From a virus (lineage: Duplodnaviria > Caudoviricetes): a stretch of DNA of 52,400 nucleotides. Every line of letters begins with the position of its first letter. The first letter of the stretch is position 1. This document shows positions 48,456-52,400 of this stretch, in pieces. Made by a program: the position numbers and the translations under genes. The notes under the pieces were generated by a model. It did no database searches. It was not told the origin of the DNA and saw only the letters and a list, made by a program, of their open reading frames with translations. The stretch is from positions 1 through 52,400 of IMG/VR virus record IMGVR_UViG_3300036389_000002; one strand, 5' to 3'.

Positions 48456-49335
48456 ACGACGACGTGAAATACTAAATTACGGTGTCAATAACTGGATTGC
48501 CGAGTCAGCTTTGATTAACGCCATCAAAACAACCCGCGTCCCGATCGCCTCCAGCAATGACAAAGAGCGCCGTGCTATAGCTGATAATTTAAAGTTATTT
48601 ATATTGGGCTATGATGAGATGCGCCCAGGTGCGTGGGCAGTTTTAGAACCAAATACGTTTCTAGACTGGAACTGGTCGCATGACCTTATGGTTGAAGAAT
48701 TAATTCTTATAGCGCAGGGCAAGCATAGACGGTTGCTAATGAATGTTGCACCGCGCTCACTCAAATCTCTTATTGTTTCTGTCTTTTTCCCGTGCTGGGT
48801 GTGGATGCGATCGCCTTGGGAGTCGTTTCTCTGCCTCAGCTACTCAACGCCTCTGGCAAATGACCACAGTTACAAGCGCCGCCAGATTATAGAGTCAGCA
48901 TGGTATCAATCACTTACGGATGGGGCATGTGCTTTATCTGATGACCGCAACCGAATTACTGAATTTTCTAACGTCTCAGGCGGCATCATGTATGCGCGAG
49001 GATTGGATGGTTCGGTGACCGGAGTCGGGGGAACTTATATCATCTGCCTTCCGTCACATCAGCATATAACGACATCGCTGGGCGAGTTACCCATAGGCGA
49101 GATAGTCGAGAAAGAAATAGAAGCTGATGTAGCAACTTACAACCATGCCACAGGCGAGGTTGAATGGCAACCAATATTAAGGTACGAGCAAAACCCAGGC
49201 AAAGAAATCATCGAAATTGAACTGGATGATGGAACTATCTTGGAGTGTACTGACGAACATCCTGTGTGGGTGGAAGGTAAGGGCTACGTCGCTGCAAGTG
49301 ACATAGCACCTGGAGATATTGTTCTATGCCTGTGA
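48436..49335 (+). CDS. Terminase large subunit N-half plus split intein IntN (49045-49332)
   Basis: NVAPRSLKS, SYS..LA, GSVTG.G..YII|CLP...CTDEHP. Confidence 0.9.
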   Translation: MRRTSDKRRREILNYGVNNWIAESALINAIKTTRVPIASSNDKERRAIADNLKLFILGYDEMRPGAWAVLEPNTFLDWNWSHDLMVEELILIAQGKHRRLLMNVAPRSLKSLIVSVFFPCWVWMRSPWESFLCLSYSTPLANDHSYKRRQIIESAWYQSLTDGACALSDDRNRITEFSNVSGGIMYARGLDGSVTGVGGTYIICLPSHQHITTSLGELPIGEIVEKEIEADVATYNHATGEVEWQPILRYEQNPGKEIIEIELDDGTILECTDEHPVWVEGKGYVAASDIAPGDIVLCL

Positions 49336-50209
49336 CAATTAACTGCGCTCATTGCAAGAAGGACTTTCCTGTTAAACCATCCAAGGTTGCAACTGCTAAG
49401 TTTTGCTCAAGGGAATGCAGGGATATCGCGAGGCGTACGCTTGCTGATCGCACTTGCAGTTATTGTGGTGGAACGTTTCGCTCCTCAAGAGATAGCGAAT
49501 ACTGCTCCTTGACGTGTTATTGGACTAGTAGTAGGGAAAAGAACACGCTAACCTGTAGGCAATGCGGAGAGAAGTATTACCGCCCCTGACTCCGGCACAT
49601 GAAGCTAGGAACGGTGGATTCTGTTCCAAAAAGTGTTACGGCTTGTATGAGCGCGGTGATCGCAATCCGCATTACAAGCATGGTCGGCGAGTGCGGTATA
49701 ACGCGCCAAAAAGGAGAAAGAAAAGCGATCCCCGCAAAACTTTTGAGGAAAAACACTCTAAGTCAAAGTGCTTTATTTGTCATGAATTCTTTTTTGTATC
49801 AAACGCTAAGCTCAACTATGCCACAAAATATGGGAAGCGTTTTTTCTGCTCTCAGGATTGCGCTAATGTAGCGCATAGCGATCGCATTAAAGGAGAGGGG
49901 AACGGACGCTATGTGCATGGAAGCTGGCAGACACCATATCCTAGAGAGTTTAATCGCACATTGCGCGAGCAAATCCGAAGCCGAGAGGATCATAAATGTT
50001 TCCTGTGCTCAACACCTGAAAACGGTAAAAAGCTGGACGTGCACCATATCGACTATGATAAGCGAAACAATGACCCATTCAACCTTGTGGCACTTTGCCA
50101 TACTTGTCATGGTGGGTTGCACGGTTCACTTGAGCAAAGAAAACAATGCAGAGAAAAACTGTCAAGTCTGTTAAGCGCAAAGCTGTACCAGACAAAAGTT
50201 ACAACATAG
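49326..50209 (+). CDS. Free-standing Cys-rich HNH endonuclease, split by -1 frameshift at ~49586
   Basis: Multiple CxxC/FCS repeats; VHHIDY...N...NLVALCHTCH. Confidence 0.8.
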
Positions 50210-51246
50210 CGACCGCTAACCATAACTACTTTGCCTCTGGGGTGTTGGTGCATAATTGTGACGATCCAAATGATCCAGAACGCAGCGAGAGCGATGCTGA
50301 TCGCGAAGGCAAGGTTAAAAAATTCAGAGCATACTTGACTACCCGCGCCAACGATCCAAAACGAACCAAGTGCATAGTCGTTCAACAACGCACTCACGAA
50401 TCTGATGTTAGCGGGTACATTTACAATGTCATTAACAAGGACTCATCAGAGTCGTACGCATTTCATGTTATTAAGCTACCGACACGGGCAAAAACCTTTG
50501 AAACGATACTTTCACCCATAACGGGCAAGGAACTAGCTGTGCGTCATCCTGGTGACCTATTGCATCCTCATCGTTTTGGAGAGGAAGAAGATGCAGAAGC
50601 AAGACGTGAGCTAGGTGCTTATGCTTATAACGCTCGTCATGACCAGGAACCTGCGCCATTAGAAGGTGGTGTATTCAGCCACGCTGTTTGGAAGACATTT
50701 AAGGAATTGCCGCAAAAATACCAGCTATTTATATCAGGTGACTTGTCCTTTGGCAGTACTTCTAGTACAGCATCATATGTAGCAGTGGGTTTGTTTGCGA
50801 TCGCTTACCCAGATTTCTACCTGGTAGATGTCTTTCATCAACGCTGCGGGTTTAAAGCAGCTAAAAAAGGCATTTTAGATTTGATTGATAGATGGGAACC
50901 TGTTTTGGGCACAGTTGGTGTCAAATTAATAGAAAAAAAAGCATCAGGCAGTGCAGTAATTGAGGATCTGCAAAATGAAGTGCCTGGTGTTGCTGCTTTC
51001 AATCCTGATTCGCATGGGAACAAAACTCAACGAGCAGAGATTGTTGCTCCTATTCTAGAATCTGGGAACTTTTATATTCGCGAAGGCGTTGGTTGGGCAG
51101 AAGATTTTAAAGTTGAATTTATAAAGTTTGGAGTGTATAACACTGATGATTTTGTAGATTGCACCTCTCAAATTGTCATATATGCTCAACAAAGGTTTAG
51201 GCGAAATCGCCATGTTCCTATTGGTTCTTTTGTGCAAGGCATGTAA
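50146..51246 (+). CDS. Split intein IntC (50146-50256) plus TerL C-half
   Basis: YNIAT.NHNYFASGVLVHN|CDDP; QQRTHESD, IEKKASG, DDFVDC nuclease motifs. Confidence 0.9.
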   Translation: MQRKTVKSVKRKAVPDKSYNIATANHNYFASGVLVHNCDDPNDPERSESDADREGKVKKFRAYLTTRANDPKRTKCIVVQQRTHESDVSGYIYNVINKDSSESYAFHVIKLPTRAKTFETILSPITGKELAVRHPGDLLHPHRFGEEEDAEARRELGAYAYNARHDQEPAPLEGGVFSHAVWKTFKELPQKYQLFISGDLSFGSTSSTASYVAVGLFAIAYPDFYLVDVFHQRCGFKAAKKGILDLIDRWEPVLGTVGVKLIEKKASGSAVIEDLQNEVPGVAAFNPDSHGNKTQRAEIVAPILESGNFYIREGVGWAEDFKVEFIKFGVYNTDDFVDCTSQIVIYAQQRFRRNRHVPIGSFVQGM

Positions 51247-51607
51247 TTATCAAAAGCAAATCTAAAGACGAAAAAATTTATACGCTGATTCACGCGGGAG
51301 CATGGAAGCTCCGAAGTGTGCCTGTCAAGAAATTACCCCTCTTCTGTCACTTTACGTCTGAATGAGAATGAGAATATAACAGAGGGCTAGTGAGAGAAAC
51401 GATAAATGCTCGTTTCTCTCACCCTAATTCATGATTATCATTCTTGTAAATTGATTGATATATGTGTACTACACATTTTTGAAATCTTGTGTATGCTTTG
51501 AGACTGACTTGAAAGTACTTTTCATCCGTAATCTCATTTGGCTTGCGTTTGCCCTGTACACGAATGAATCAGTATTTCTACAAAAATGGGTGCTCCCCAA
51601 TGAAATC

Positions 51608-52273
51608 TCAAAAAATCGAATATGACATCAAGGCACAACCTACTGATTCTTTAATAGATGAAAATTTTTCTTCCCCTCTAAAAATATAGGAATTATATAA
51701 GAATATAACTTCTTCTTTAAAGCCTAAGCTACGAAATATATTTTGAGATATGAGTCCAGTTGCTTCAGCAATTGCAACAGAAAAATTGTTAATTTTAGCT
51801 AATTTTAAATTTTCTTTAATTAGAGTCTTAGCAATTTTTTGATTTTTGTATTCTTCTTTAACTCCCACCATGAGAATATGCAATGTCTGAAATAACTTCA
51901 AATAATATTGTGATCTAGAATAACTATATTTTAAATCATATGATAAAGCTTGAATTGGTTCAAATTTATAGCTAATATCTTTCAAATAAGGAGGTTGGCT
52001 CATCAAATGTTCTGATATAGTAAAACCAACAATCTGTCCATTAGAGTCGGTAGCAACAATTGAAAGTCTATCTTCAATGGCTTTTATACAATAAGGTTCA
52101 GCTATTTGTCTAAATTCTTGATAATTTATATTCAAACTCTTAGTTATTGGTTCATATTTCGTAAAAATTTGAGAACAGAGATCAACAGTTTGTTGAAAGT
52201 CGCCTGCTTGAATAATTCGATATTTTATTGTGTGTTTTTCATTAACATTTTTCACAAAAATTATCTCCATCAT
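51608..52273 (-). CDS. GNAT acetyltransferase (flank)
   Basis: VGV..EYKNQKIA...SQNIFRSLGF; AT-rich. Confidence 0.75.
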   Translation of the reverse strand: MMEIIFVKNVNEKHTIKYRIIQAGDFQQTVDLCSQIFTKYEPITKSLNINYQEFRQIAEPYCIKAIEDRLSIVATDSNGQIVGFTISEHLMSQPPYLKDISYKFEPIQALSYDLKYSYSRSQYYLKLFQTLHILMVGVKEEYKNQKIAKTLIKENLKLAKINNFSVAIAEATGLISQNIFRSLGFKEEVIFLYNSYIFRGEEKFSSIKESVGCALMSYSIF

Positions 52274-52400
52274 TACAATACCTTCGCCAAAAAAAGAGGA
52301 TAAATATCTCAATCCCAAAACCTCGACTACTCGTCCCAAGTGGCGAACCGGATGACGCTTCGCTCTAATGGGCGGTGTCAGGAACGGGCTAGAAAAATTT

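Larger units (their letters stand above)
517..51246. mobile_element. Defective contractile-tail prophage / phage-plasmid of a cyanobacterium
   Basis: Head, tail, TMP, terminase and replication genes; element-specific palindrome found from 1447 to 46652; HIP1 sites; no att pair found. Confidence 0.85.

Noticed and set aside
1-52400. DGR, retron, tRNA or rRNA genes
   Set aside because: No reverse transcriptase motifs, adenine-variable repeat pair or cloverleaf recognised by eye; a scan was not run

Overview
Most of this window (~517-51246) is a decaying contractile-tail (P2/Mu-like) prophage or phage-plasmid in a cyanobacterial replicon (abundant HIP1 GCGATCGC sites), with short host-like flanks. 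It carries head genes (gpF-like, scaffold, decoration, capsid), neck and tail genes, an early/accessory region, a replication region, three methyltransferase-related genes plus a Dam-like remnant, and terminase genes. No portal, baseplate wedge, tail fibre or lysis genes are recognisable; a plasmid-like TA/Xer/ParA insert (~15.05-19.45 kb) sits where some would be expected. The most notable observations read directly from the sequence are: (1) 21 dispersed copies of a 22-bp nested palindrome GTTANNGTAANNTTACNNTAAC; (2) a second, inverted copy of the putative origin (four 23-bp-phased iterons plus A-rich tract) just before the tape-measure gene, 28 kb from the copy inside rep; (3) a terminase large subunit fractured by a split intein with a free-standing HNH gene between the halves; (4) a 394-bp inversion inside the tail-sheath gene that restores the frame when flipped; (5) a tandem structured leader RNA before the head genes; and (6) a TraB/FtsK-like translocase operon. 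Family assignments are from motif recognition by eye; no database search was run.
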